Below are positions 53,967-62,530 of a stretch of DNA of 64,000 bases, one piece after another; the first letter of the stretch is position 1, and every line of letters starts with the position of its first letter. The notes beneath the pieces were generated by a model that saw only the letters and a list, made by a program, of their open reading frames with translations, had not been told where the DNA came from and did no database searches. Origin of the DNA: a virus (Duplodnaviria; Caudoviricetes). The position numbers and the translations under genes are program-made. The DNA lies in the IMG/VR virus record IMGVR_UViG_3300037722_000708, positions 6,001-70,000 of that record; one strand, given 5' to 3'.

Positions 53967-55187
53967 CTATGAATAAAGTATGAGTTTCTTTTCTGCTCGA
54001 GTAATCACTGTGTACAACCATTTCTTTCGCATGGAAATGTCGTTGCTGCGCATCCTGTCATCACAAATAAGCACGGTTGGCCATTGCGAACCCTGGCTCT
54101 TGTGTCCTGTTATAGCATACCCATAAGCAAAATGTTCCACAGCATCAAGATTAGGAAAAGACAACCTTTTCCCATAATAAGTTTCCTCGAAAGGACCAGG
54201 ATCGCAAAAGTAGTGCGATTCTTCGTTTTCGTATTCTATTTTCAATCCTAATGTTGCGCCCACTTTCTCTGCATCAGATATAGCTTTGCAGCTAACACCG
54301 TTCAGCAATCCCTCCTCATGGTCGTTTCTCAAGCATATAAGCTTGTCTCCAGCTAAAGGATAAAGTTTCTCGTAACCTTTGAGTTTTCGGAGACGTTTGT
54401 TTAGTTTATGTCTTGTTGAGTTCATACCGGTTAGCACTTGGTCAGCTTCAAGTGCAAGATCCCAATCAAAATCAGCTTTGGGTCTGATTATGCAATCTTC
54501 GTACTCGCGCATTGTGGGAAAAATACCTTTTCTTACTTCATGTGCAAGCTTTATTATGTTGGAGTCTTGCGCCTGCCGGTGTATTTCTGTGAGCATGTAA
54601 TCTGGTTTTGAGTTTGTCCAAGCACCTTTTCCTTTAACAGGTGGAAGCTGTCCTGGGTCTCCAAGTACAAGTACAGGCGTATTAAAAGTGAGTATGTCTT
54701 TCGCTATTATCTCGTCAATCATAGAGCACTCGTCTAAGATTATTAAACTAGCCTCTTTCATATGCGGCGCATCATATTTGTCTTTGAGTTCAAACATTGC
54801 ACGCGACTTGCTCTCTATATCCTTCAGTTCTTTACGCAGCCGCTCTAGCTTAGGTATATTTATTTCGCGCTTTTTGGTTAGCTCCTCCGCTATCTCAGCT
54901 TTGAGTTCCTTAATAGCTTTTGTGTTTGAATTGCCCACAGGATTGTATATGAGCGAGTGGAGCGTGGTTGCACCTGGACAGCCTTTGTCTCTGAGTACAG
55001 ATGCTGCTTTACCTGTGAACGCTGCAAACCGTACAGTGCCCGGCACTTGAGAGGCAAAGTGCTTAGCAAGTGTAGTCTTACCTGTTCCCGCATACCCCGC
55101 AAGATAGAAAGGTGTATAGCGATCTGGTCCCCTAAACCATCTGTCCACAGCTTTTAAAGCACCCTCTTGTTCTCCTGTCCAAGCCAT
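53967..55187 (-). CDS. RecD/Dda-like SF1B helicase
   Basis: GYAGTGKT, TLHSLIY, DECSMI, LGDPGQLPPV, TGHKSQGSQW, YTVITRA. Confidence 0.92.
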   Translation of the reverse strand: MAWTGEQEGALKAVDRWFRGPDRYTPFYLAGYAGTGKTTLAKHFASQVPGTVRFAAFTGKAASVLRDKGCPGATTLHSLIYNPVGNSNTKAIKELKAEIAEELTKKREINIPKLERLRKELKDIESKSRAMFELKDKYDAPHMKEASLIILDECSMIDEIIAKDILTFNTPVLVLGDPGQLPPVKGKGAWTNSKPDYMLTEIHRQAQDSNIIKLAHEVRKGIFPTMREYEDCIIRPKADFDWDLALEADQVLTGMNSTRHKLNKRLRKLKGYEKLYPLAGDKLICLRNDHEEGLLNGVSCKAISDAEKVGATLGLKIEYENEESHYFCDPGPFEETYYGKRLSFPNLDAVEHFAYGYAITGHKSQGSQWPTVLICDDRMRSNDISMRKKWLYTVITRAEKKLILYS

Positions 55188-56158
55188 TAAGTTTCTCCGA
55201 AAAGCGTTTGCTGAGTGCATATCTCTCGCGTTTTTTTATTTTCGCGCGCAAAAGCAACAAACTTTGCGAGCTCACCCATGCAGACAAGAGACCTTGGCCT
55301 AACATCTGTCTGAACTTGTTCAAGTGTGAACCCATAGTTTTCTATGGCTGCAATAACCTGTTCTCGCCTATATGGTAGCATATTGTCAATGTGGGTAGGC
55401 TCTCGCTTCTGTTTTCCGCCCTCGTATGTGACGAAATAGTTGGCATAACGCTTTCCTTCGAACACGTCCAGCTTGCCATATGCTGCGTGAATGATCCAAG
55501 CGGCTGAGTCGACCGAAAACCATGGCACGTCTGCAATCATATTGTTACCTGTGGTCGCCAATCCATGTGTCATATGGCCAGGATATCTCTCGTGTAGTAG
55601 AAAATGCCTCTCTTGTGACCAGATCTTCCGCAATCCTTCGTGCACGTCATTTCGTGGCGAGATACAAAGGTATTTTGCTATCTCAGCAAGCTCGAACATA
55701 CGTTCGTCCGGCTCACCTTGGTGGAACACAGGCAAGATACGCTCGCCAAACCGGTCAACCAATTTAGCGTAATTAATATCTGATATCTCGATAGCTTCTT
55801 TCACCTCGTCAGCTGTTGGATCTCGCCCTCGTTCGCCTGGAATCTTGTCAAGATTAATCATCCATATTTGGTCAAACAAGATGCCCGCGTTCTTCTCAAA
55901 CTTGTCGTAGGATCTAAAAACGTCTTCAAGTCTTGTCTCTTCACCTGCGTTCCATGCTGTGAACGCGCCAGAGTCCAGCATTATGAATTTTGGGAAATCC
56001 ATGTTGCCATTCTCTGCCTCTTTTTTGGTGAAGTTAAGCCAATTCTGTACAGCACGCTCGTACGCCCCGTGCAATGAGAACAAGCGGTGCGTGCAAAGCT
56101 TGTTCTCAATGTTTTGGAATTTGTCGTTACGCGGCGTGCCGGACATATAAATAAACAT
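55187..56158 (-). CDS. dpdA: DpdA-like DNA 7-deazaguanine transglycosylase
   Basis: TGT-fold motifs LDSGAFTAW, NLDKIPG, PVFHQGE, HGLA, SVDS..W; lies within the que cluster. Confidence 0.82.
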   Translation of the reverse strand: MFIYMSGTPRNDKFQNIENKLCTHRLFSLHGAYERAVQNWLNFTKKEAENGNMDFPKFIMLDSGAFTAWNAGEETRLEDVFRSYDKFEKNAGILFDQIWMINLDKIPGERGRDPTADEVKEAIEISDINYAKLVDRFGERILPVFHQGEPDERMFELAEIAKYLCISPRNDVHEGLRKIWSQERHFLLHERYPGHMTHGLATTGNNMIADVPWFSVDSAAWIIHAAYGKLDVFEGKRYANYFVTYEGGKQKREPTHIDNMLPYRREQVIAAIENYGFTLEQVQTDVRPRSLVCMGELAKFVAFARENKKTREICTQQTLFGET

Positions 56159-56179
56159 TATTCGGCTACCGTTAAGTTG
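56139..56179. repeat. 41-bp exact dispersed repeat, source copy
   Basis: Spans the TAATG junction between the 74-aa gene and dpdA; identical to 21390-21430. Confidence 0.95.
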
Positions 56180-56382
56180 TCTATTGCCACAGCAAGATTG
56201 TGCTCCTCTGAGCATAATAAAAAACATTTCGCAGCTTCGTCCTCTGCTTCAAAAACTGTTGGTAATTGTTGAAGGCAATCAGGACTAGCTGTGCTTATGT
56301 AACTGGCTTCTTTCCCTCGCCGAGTGTCGCGCCACGCCTGGGCGGCTACAATCAGCTTTTCCACTGCTTCTTCGCGTTTCAT
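56158..56382 (-). CDS. Hypothetical protein
   Basis: 74 aa, TAATG-coupled to dpdA. Confidence 0.65.
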   Translation of the reverse strand: MKREEAVEKLIVAAQAWRDTRRGKEASYISTASPDCLQQLPTVFEAEDEAAKCFLLCSEEHNLAVAIDNLTVAE

Positions 56383-56384
56383 TG

Positions 56385-57047
56385 CTACTCTCCTGGAACT
56401 GTTGGCTCTATGTTTGTGTAGTCAAGGTGCACGTACACGTGGTTGCCTGTCACATACAAAACTCTTCCCCACGTTTCAATGTTCCCGTCTTCATCTGTAA
56501 AACCAACAATTTGTTTCTCGAAAAGCGGGTTGCAATCCTCGTCGCTACGCTTATAAAAACCATCCTCAGGCCGGTTTGGGTCATCCACCCCTACAAGGTC
56601 AACTGAGGGGACGAGTGCACTTGGGCGGTAATATTCCACTGTAGGCCAAAAAGGGATGCCTCCGCGAGGCGTAAACTCGCCTACAACTTTTATATAGACA
56701 GGGTCTAGCAGGTTGACTAGGTCATTCACTATCCGGCGTACGCAAGATTCGTGGAATTCGCCAAAATTGCGGTAAGAACCTAGATACAGTTTTAGCGATT
56801 TTGATTCTACACAGCGTTCGCGTGGCTCATAGTCAATGACTATCTTTGCAAAATCAGGTTGTCCTGTCTTAGGGCAAAGTGACGTAAACTCGGGCGCCTC
56901 AATATGCACTGTACCACCTGCGTCAGGGCCTTCATTCATTGGGTTCGGGAAGTATTCAAGAAGCTTTGGGTCTGCGTCTTCATACTTGTACTTTGTGTTG
57001 TTAGATCCGAGAGACTTTAAGTCCTCGGCTTTTGATAATTTTTCCAT
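56385..57047 (-). CDS. queF: PreQ0 reductase QueF (unimodular) with C-terminal extension
   Basis: [22 protein letters not shown] QueF motif, FHES, PRGGI. Confidence 0.92.
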   Translation of the reverse strand: MEKLSKAEDLKSLGSNNTKYKYEDADPKLLEYFPNPMNEGPDAGGTVHIEAPEFTSLCPKTGQPDFAKIVIDYEPRERCVESKSLKLYLGSYRNFGEFHESCVRRIVNDLVNLLDPVYIKVVGEFTPRGGIPFWPTVEYYRPSALVPSVDLVGVDDPNRPEDGFYKRSDEDCNPLFEKQIVGFTDEDGNIETWGRVLYVTGNHVYVHLDYTNIEPTVPGE

Positions 57048-57134
57048 AGTTATTTCCTCTCTGAAAACAATAATAAAGTTATAATGCTGTGTACAAAACT
57101 GCAAGAACAGGTATGTACACAGCAAGTATAGGTG

Positions 57135-58520
57135 TTAGTCTATAAGATGCATGAACTCAGCACGGCAATCAGGCTCGTTGCGTATAGCGCCTCGTAGAGC
57201 AGAGGTTACCGTGTGACTGCCAGCTGTCTTAACTCCGCGAGACTCCATACACAGATGCCTACAATTGAGGATTACGCCTACACCTACAGGGTTAAGCTCG
57301 TTGACGAGGGCGTCTGCAATTTGATTGGTGAGACGTTCTTGCACTTGAAGTCGGCGAGAGTAGACATTGACCAGCCGGCTGAGTTTTGACAAACCCACAA
57401 TCTTTTTGTGAGGAATATACCCAATATGAGCCACCCCAAAGAAAGGTGCAATGTGGTGCTCGCAATTATGCACCGCTATGCCATTTGCAAAGAACGTTTT
57501 AGTCTCTGGAACAGTCATACACCACACGTCTTCTTTGTAGTCGAGTTTCTCCACGCCTAGTACAATGTGGTTGGCAGCTAATTTTCCTTTGCTAGTGGCT
57601 GCACCTCGTATTTTTCGATCCTCAGGGGATAAGTTGTCCCAGTATGCTTTAACGCTTTCCGAACGTTTTTTCCTTACGTCGAGTCTTTTCGACGATTCTG
57701 CTACGGACTTTAAACGATTTTCATTACTAGCTAGCTTTTCAGTTCGTTTATGTTTTTTGTTGTGTTCGCCAGTTGTTAGAGCCTCAAGGTTTTCAGGTGC
57801 ATTATTCCAGCTTAATTCGTCTTCGTGACGCACAACTATGTGCTGCTCGTACGCCAACTCGTGGCCTATTTGACCCAGCACGAAACGGTGCTCAGGTAAA
57901 GTGCCTTTCTCACCATTGATAAGTAAGTTATCAGCTTTCTTTTTATGCGTGAGGTTAGCTAGCAGAGTTGGGTATACTTGCCGGCCGGTATCGAGAACGC
58001 CTCTATACAAGGAACAAAGCCTGTCTCCTGGTTGTAAGTTTTGAGCTTCTACAAATTCTCCGGAGACTAGCAAGATTCTGTGGTCGGGTGTACATATCAG
58101 CGCATCGTTGTCCGTGTATAAACGGACAAGACCTGCGTCTTTTTGGGTAACACGAGGGTGCTCTGCTTGTGTTAAAGATAACTCTTTGGTTTGCGGATCT
58201 ACTGTGTAAACCCAGTCCTTATGCTTCAAATGTTTTATTGGAACACGTCCTTTAGGAGTCTCGACAAAAGTAGAACCTACTACACAATGGCTCCAAACTG
58301 GGATGTCTTTAACAAGCACAATCTGATCGCAGCCTTCAGCCCCATCCTCGAATACTTTCATGACGTCTTTAGGCTCTTGGGCATAACCTGCGAACCACTC
58401 TCTCCAAGCTTTGGCCACTCGTTTTGGTGTCTCGAGTAGCCCCTCCCGTGTGGGATCATCGCCAAGACGCACCAGCATCTCGTAAACTAATTGCTCGTCT
58501 GTTGCTTCTTCTAATTGCAT
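57135..58520 (-). CDS. folE: GTP cyclohydrolase I with intein (187 aa spliced)
   Basis: REGL.ETP.RVAKAW, SH|[29 protein letters not shown]. Confidence 0.95.
   Translation of the reverse strand: MQLEEATDEQLVYEMLVRLGDDPTREGLLETPKRVAKAWREWFAGYAQEPKDVMKVFEDGAEGCDQIVLVKDIPVWSHCVVGSTFVETPKGRVPIKHLKHKDWVYTVDPQTKELSLTQAEHPRVTQKDAGLVRLYTDNDALICTPDHRILLVSGEFVEAQNLQPGDRLCSLYRGVLDTGRQVYPTLLANLTHKKKADNLLINGEKGTLPEHRFVLGQIGHELAYEQHIVVRHEDELSWNNAPENLEALTTGEHNKKHKRTEKLASNENRLKSVAESSKRLDVRKKRSESVKAYWDNLSPEDRKIRGAATSKGKLAANHIVLGVEKLDYKEDVWCMTVPETKTFFANGIAVHNCEHHIAPFFGVAHIGYIPHKKIVGLSKLSRLVNVYSRRLQVQERLTNQIADALVNELNPVGVGVILNCRHLCMESRGVKTAGSHTVTSALRGAIRNEPDCRAEFMHLID
57465..58286 (-). mobile_element. Intein in FolE carrying an HNH-type endonuclease (274 aa)
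   Basis: Starts CVVGST, block B CTPDHRI, ends VHN|C; internal EHR...[12 protein letters not shown]....EHNKKH. Confidence 0.88.
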
Positions 58521-59296
58521 ATTCCTGCTTCCTTGTAAAACTCAGTTAAATCCTGATTATAGGCTGGAGACGAAGGCAACTCCATAACACCATCCTTAAC
58601 CGCTCTAAGCACAAGTGGGTCTGGGATAACCGCCTCGTCAAAACCTTTGGCTCGCAACAAAGTTGCATGGTCGTTTCCAGTTGGCGGATACAATCCGTCG
58701 TAGCTCGTGTGCGTATAAGCAAGAGCAGCATAGCACCCAGGCAAGTCTCGGGCAAGCTCTACTGATTGTGCTTTGGTTAAAAACATTAGTGGGGTATGAA
58801 TTAAGACGGGACCAGGAGCACCACCTTCTCCTGTGAACATTCCTTGCTCAAGGGCTTCCTCGACAGCATCGATAAAAACACGTCTGCAATCTGGATACCC
58901 ACCAAAGTCTTCTTGGCAGACGCCAGTAATCATGTTGTCTATGCCAAGACAGTAAGCTCTATTAGCTGCAATAGTCAAAAAGAGCAGGTTACGAGCTGGG
59001 ACAAAAGTCTTCTCAAGTCCGCCTGGTAGCACAGTATAGTCTTTATATTGTTCCAACGTCTCATCTGCGTTTGTCAGCGGAGAAGTCCCAGCCAAGATAG
59101 GGCCTACTTCGATAATCTCGTGTGACGCAACGTCCAGAATGCTCGCTACTCTTTTAGCCGACTCTATTTCGCGTGCATGTTTCTGCCCATAATCGAAAGT
59201 TACTGCGTGTAGCTCCTTACATCCCTGTTGTAAAGCCCAAAAACCGCATGTCGTAGAATCCTGCCCTCCGGACAAGATGAGTAATGCTCGATCCAT
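58511..59296 (-). CDS. queC: 7-cyano-7-deazaguanine synthase (variant lacking the C-terminal Zn cysteines)
   Basis: [33 protein letters not shown]. Confidence 0.92.
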   Translation of the reverse strand: MDRALLILSGGQDSTTCGFWALQQGCKELHAVTFDYGQKHAREIESAKRVASILDVASHEIIEVGPILAGTSPLTNADETLEQYKDYTVLPGGLEKTFVPARNLLFLTIAANRAYCLGIDNMITGVCQEDFGGYPDCRRVFIDAVEEALEQGMFTGEGGAPGPVLIHTPLMFLTKAQSVELARDLPGCYAALAYTHTSYDGLYPPTGNDHATLLRAKGFDEAVIPDPLVLRAVKDGVMELPSSPAYNQDLTEFYKEAGICN

Positions 59297-59316
59297 CTCT
59301 TATCTCCTTAAAATAA

Positions 59317-59340
59317 AAACCATGGCTTGTGCCATGGTTT
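59317..59340 (-). terminator. Intrinsic terminator
   Basis: AAACCATGGC/GCCATGGTTT inverted repeat with a T-rich tail. Confidence 0.65.
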
Positions 59341-59378
59341 AAACATAGAAGATATTCTCTGGTCAAACAAGATGCCAG

Positions 59379-60011
59379 TTAGGATTTACGCCGCGGTGTG
59401 TGAGGCAGAGGGGCTCTCATTCCAGGTGGGAAAGTCAAGAAGTAACGCGCCACGCCTTTGTTGTTCATTTCTGTTCTGATACCGTAGCCTTTTATTTTGT
59501 TGATATCCCAGTAGATACCGCTCTTGACTGAATTCTCAGACCACGTTTTACCACCGTTGACTTTGGAGCATACCGTAATGAGCTCTTGCATCGTTGCACC
59601 GTCTTTCAGAGCATCGACAAGCGCTGCTTGCTTTGTCCTCTCACGACATGGGTATATTGTTTTGGCGGTTGGCTGAGCGTCAAGGCTAATGGTGCCTTTT
59701 GTTCGTGGGCGCATCCCTCTTACTGCTGGAATAAGCTCCTCAAAACGAATTGCTTTTTCTCTAATCAAAGGAAAGGTTCTCTCCGCTCCACTGACCTTGT
59801 CTTTGAATTTTTTCAAATCCGAACCACTTAAATCGTTATAAAGAGCAAGCATTTCTTGCCCCGAGAATTCTTCTGCAAGGTCTTTCTCGTCTGATACCAC
59901 CCACACGCTGCCATTAATAGCGAGCTTTGGGTCTGTCATAAATTGTTTTACTTGTGCATTATCAGCTACTGCAACTGAATGCTTCTTCTTACTTTGGGTT
60001 ACTATGTACAT
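59379..60011 (-). CDS. Putative DNA-binding protein with C-terminal winged HTH
   Basis: KQAALVDAL..GAT.QEL...W...SV...I...KGY pattern; own promoter TTGATT-17-TATAAT (60046-60074). Confidence 0.55.
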   Translation of the reverse strand: MYIVTQSKKKHSVAVADNAQVKQFMTDPKLAINGSVWVVSDEKDLAEEFSGQEMLALYNDLSGSDLKKFKDKVSGAERTFPLIREKAIRFEELIPAVRGMRPRTKGTISLDAQPTAKTIYPCRERTKQAALVDALKDGATMQELITVCSKVNGGKTWSENSVKSGIYWDINKIKGYGIRTEMNNKGVARYFLTFPPGMRAPLPHTPRRKS

Positions 60012-60096
60012 TTTGTCCGCTCCTGTTGGTTTAGGTCATACTTTAATTATAAGTTAGTTGTAGTGAGAAATCAAGAAAAATGTTCCTGACGCAAAA

Positions 60097-60131
60097 TCTC
60101 GGCAGTCAAGAGCGGAAGAAGACTGCCGAGA
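60097..60131 (-). terminator. Hairpin/terminator after queD
   Basis: 11-bp inverted repeat TCTCGGCAGTC/GACTGCCGAGA followed by TTTT. Confidence 0.6.
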
Positions 60132-60186
60132 ATGCACTGTGTGTACAAGTGTATTTTTATTGTATAACAGGACGCTTTACAAATGA

Positions 60187-60750
60187 TTAAACAGGAAACT
60201 TTGCCATACAATTTGGTGTCTCCCAAACTTTTATGGCTTTTAAATGTCCTTTTCCTTGGCTACGCTCCTCAACCTTCGGTGCTAAACGCTCAAACCAATG
60301 TTTGGCAAGGTTTTCAGCGGTCGGGACAAAAGGCACAACGTACATCTTGCCGCAGATGGCAGACAAGGCGCCGTTCGGCAATTCAACATAGTTTCTCTTT
60401 TGCATCAATTGGTCTAAGATTTGTCTCCCCGATAAATGATCTACGCCAGGTTCTGGCAAAAAGAAAGGTTCCTCTCTTGTTAATGCAGGTACGAATTTGT
60501 CAAGAAGAGGATCTTTATCCCACAAAATTAAACCATGGTCACAAGGGAGGTCTATCTCATTCATCATCTCTTCTTTAAGGAAACCAAAATCGAGGACCAT
60601 GCCCTCTTGTTCACCTTCCTCGAAAAGCTCTCCAACACAGTCGGCTATGATTTTGTACCTGTGCCCGTGCAAATTCCTGCACTTTGATCCGTGATAAGTC
60701 ACCCTGTGGGCTGCGTCTATACTGATCTCTCTTGTTATTTCAAAATCCAT
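60187..60750 (-). CDS. queD: 6-carboxy-tetrahydropterin synthase
   Basis: DAAHRV, CRNLHGHRY, DFG.LK, CDHG, PTAENLA, VWETP. Confidence 0.93.
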   Translation of the reverse strand: MDFEITREISIDAAHRVTYHGSKCRNLHGHRYKIIADCVGELFEEGEQEGMVLDFGFLKEEMMNEIDLPCDHGLILWDKDPLLDKFVPALTREEPFFLPEPGVDHLSGRQILDQLMQKRNYVELPNGALSAICGKMYVVPFVPTAENLAKHWFERLAPKVEERSQGKGHLKAIKVWETPNCMAKFPV

Positions 60751-60992
60751 TTTACCTTACTCCTTATGAAAACAATAGGCCTCTCACCTACCCAATTAAA
60801 TATTCTTCTCGATATAAAGCCCCTTACGACACTGACTCCTGTGAAGATGCATACGATAGACACGTTCTCAGCTGCGGTTACTTCGATATCATACATTTTA
60901 AACACTATTAGCTGCACTATAATAGAGACAATAAAGGCAAAAAACGTAGACACAAAGGCCTCAATGAAAGACATTGCTTTTGACTGGTTCAT
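60735..60992 (-). CDS. Small membrane protein often adjacent to phage que genes
   Basis: QSK..SFIEA, two hydrophobic helices, FT.VSVVRG..SRRIFN. Confidence 0.7.
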   Translation of the reverse strand: MNQSKAMSFIEAFVSTFFAFIVSIIVQLIVFKMYDIEVTAAENVSIVCIFTGVSVVRGFISRRIFNWVGERPIVFIRSKVKWILK

Positions 60993-62530
60993 ATAGTTGC
61001 ACCTATTGGATAGAAGCGGTTAGTCATAGGATTAAGTATGGTAACACTCTTTTTAGCACGCGATGCTGCTACATAAAATACTCTAGATTCAGACGAGGGC
61101 TCTTTTACAAGCTCGCGGTAGGAAGCAACCGACATATCAGTGCACAAAAGCACATGATCCGCCTCTCCGCCTTTGACTCCATGTATGGTTGATATTGTTA
61201 TTCTTGGTGTATCGAGTAATGACTCGCCGCGCAATTTTACCTCACGGTAGTACTCCCTCTCATGGGTTGGCATCCGTAGCACTTTCATCCAGTCATCGTT
61301 TGTTCTTAAACCGAAATTAGCACACAGTTGCGCATGGTCGTATTCCATCTCGTCTTCTACGTCTGCTGTCTTGCTTTCAACAAGATTGCTATGCAGATAT
61401 GAGTATAGCAGTTTAACAGCTGCCCCTGATATCTTTTTACCTTTACGAAGAGCTTCCCAATACAATATAGCTCGAACCCTGTCGTTACCAACAGACGATT
61501 TGCCATCATACATGAAAGGAAAGCCTTTAAGGTACAGGTATTCACGCATTGAATTTAGCAGATATTTATTACGCGCAAGCATCAACCAGGTGCCATCTTC
61601 TATCTTCACATGTTCTATTCTGTTTACACGTTCAACTACACCCCCCTCAGCATAAGGTGCCCATTCTTTATAAAAACGTTTGCCAATATTAGCAACTATC
61701 GTTTGGCACACGTCGAAGACGTTTCGCTTCAAACGGTAGGATATAGGGAGGATCTTTTTCTCACCTTTCAATGCAAGGAAGTAGTCCACGTCTGCACCTG
61801 CCCACTCATAAATAGCTTGGTCGTCATCCCCTGCGAAGAATTGCTGTGGTGTATTCTCTGCTAATTTCTCAACAACTCGCCATTGCAGTGCAGACAAATC
61901 CTGTGCCTCGTCTACTATGAGTGCGTCAAAATACGGTTTTATTCCTTTGTTCAAATAAATTTCCAGCATATCAGTGAAGTCAAGCAAACCTTGCGCCTCT
62001 TTAAAAGACTTTAGTGACTGCCGGACATATTCTACTTCATTAAAGTCTACTTTGGAATCCTCGCACATTTTACGTAAAGGCGTCTGGGTTATACGTGCAA
62101 AAGACAGTAAAGACAGATACTTGTCTCCCTGTATCCTGCTACCTCTAAACATAGACCCCTCCTCAGACTCTGGTGTCCGCGTGACCTCCATGCCAATGTG
62201 CGCACCAAATTCTTTGTAATTTTGAACGCTCATTATTTCTTGCGGTGTGAGAGCTAGCTGGTTGAATGCAAATGAATGCAACGTACTGAAGTAAGGAAGG
62301 TCGTCAGGGTGTATGCCAAATTTCTCAGAACAGCGCTCCATGGCCTCTTGTGCTGCTTTGCGTGTGAAAGTAAAGTAACCGATACGGTGCGATGGTGTAC
62401 CGTTCTCAAAAAGGCTGTCAACTATGTTCAAAAGAGCGGTTGTCTTACCGCATCCTGGTCCTCCTAAAACAAGCGTGAGCATTATTCCTCCTTGGATCTG
62501 GTAATAACTGCGTCCATCGGAACACTCCAC
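60989..62530 (-). CDS. UvrD/Rep-like SF1A helicase
   Basis: GGPGCGKTT, VDEAQD, GDDDQAIY, TIHGVKGGEAD, YVAASRAK. Confidence 0.92.
   Translation of the reverse strand: MECSDGRSYYQIQGGIMLTLVLGGPGCGKTTALLNIVDSLFENGTPSHRIGYFTFTRKAAQEAMERCSEKFGIHPDDLPYFSTLHSFAFNQLALTPQEIMSVQNYKEFGAHIGMEVTRTPESEEGSMFRGSRIQGDKYLSLLSFARITQTPLRKMCEDSKVDFNEVEYVRQSLKSFKEAQGLLDFTDMLEIYLNKGIKPYFDALIVDEAQDLSALQWRVVEKLAENTPQQFFAGDDDQAIYEWAGADVDYFLALKGEKKILPISYRLKRNVFDVCQTIVANIGKRFYKEWAPYAEGGVVERVNRIEHVKIEDGTWLMLARNKYLLNSMREYLYLKGFPFMYDGKSSVGNDRVRAILYWEALRKGKKISGAAVKLLYSYLHSNLVESKTADVEDEMEYDHAQLCANFGLRTNDDWMKVLRMPTHEREYYREVKLRGESLLDTPRITISTIHGVKGGEADHVLLCTDMSVASYRELVKEPSSESRVFYVAASRAKKSVTILNPMTNRFYPIGATI

Noticed and set aside
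21390-56179. Diversity-generating retroelement or retron template for the 41-bp duplicate
   Set aside because: The copies are identical with no A-specific variation, and no reverse transcriptase is in the window.
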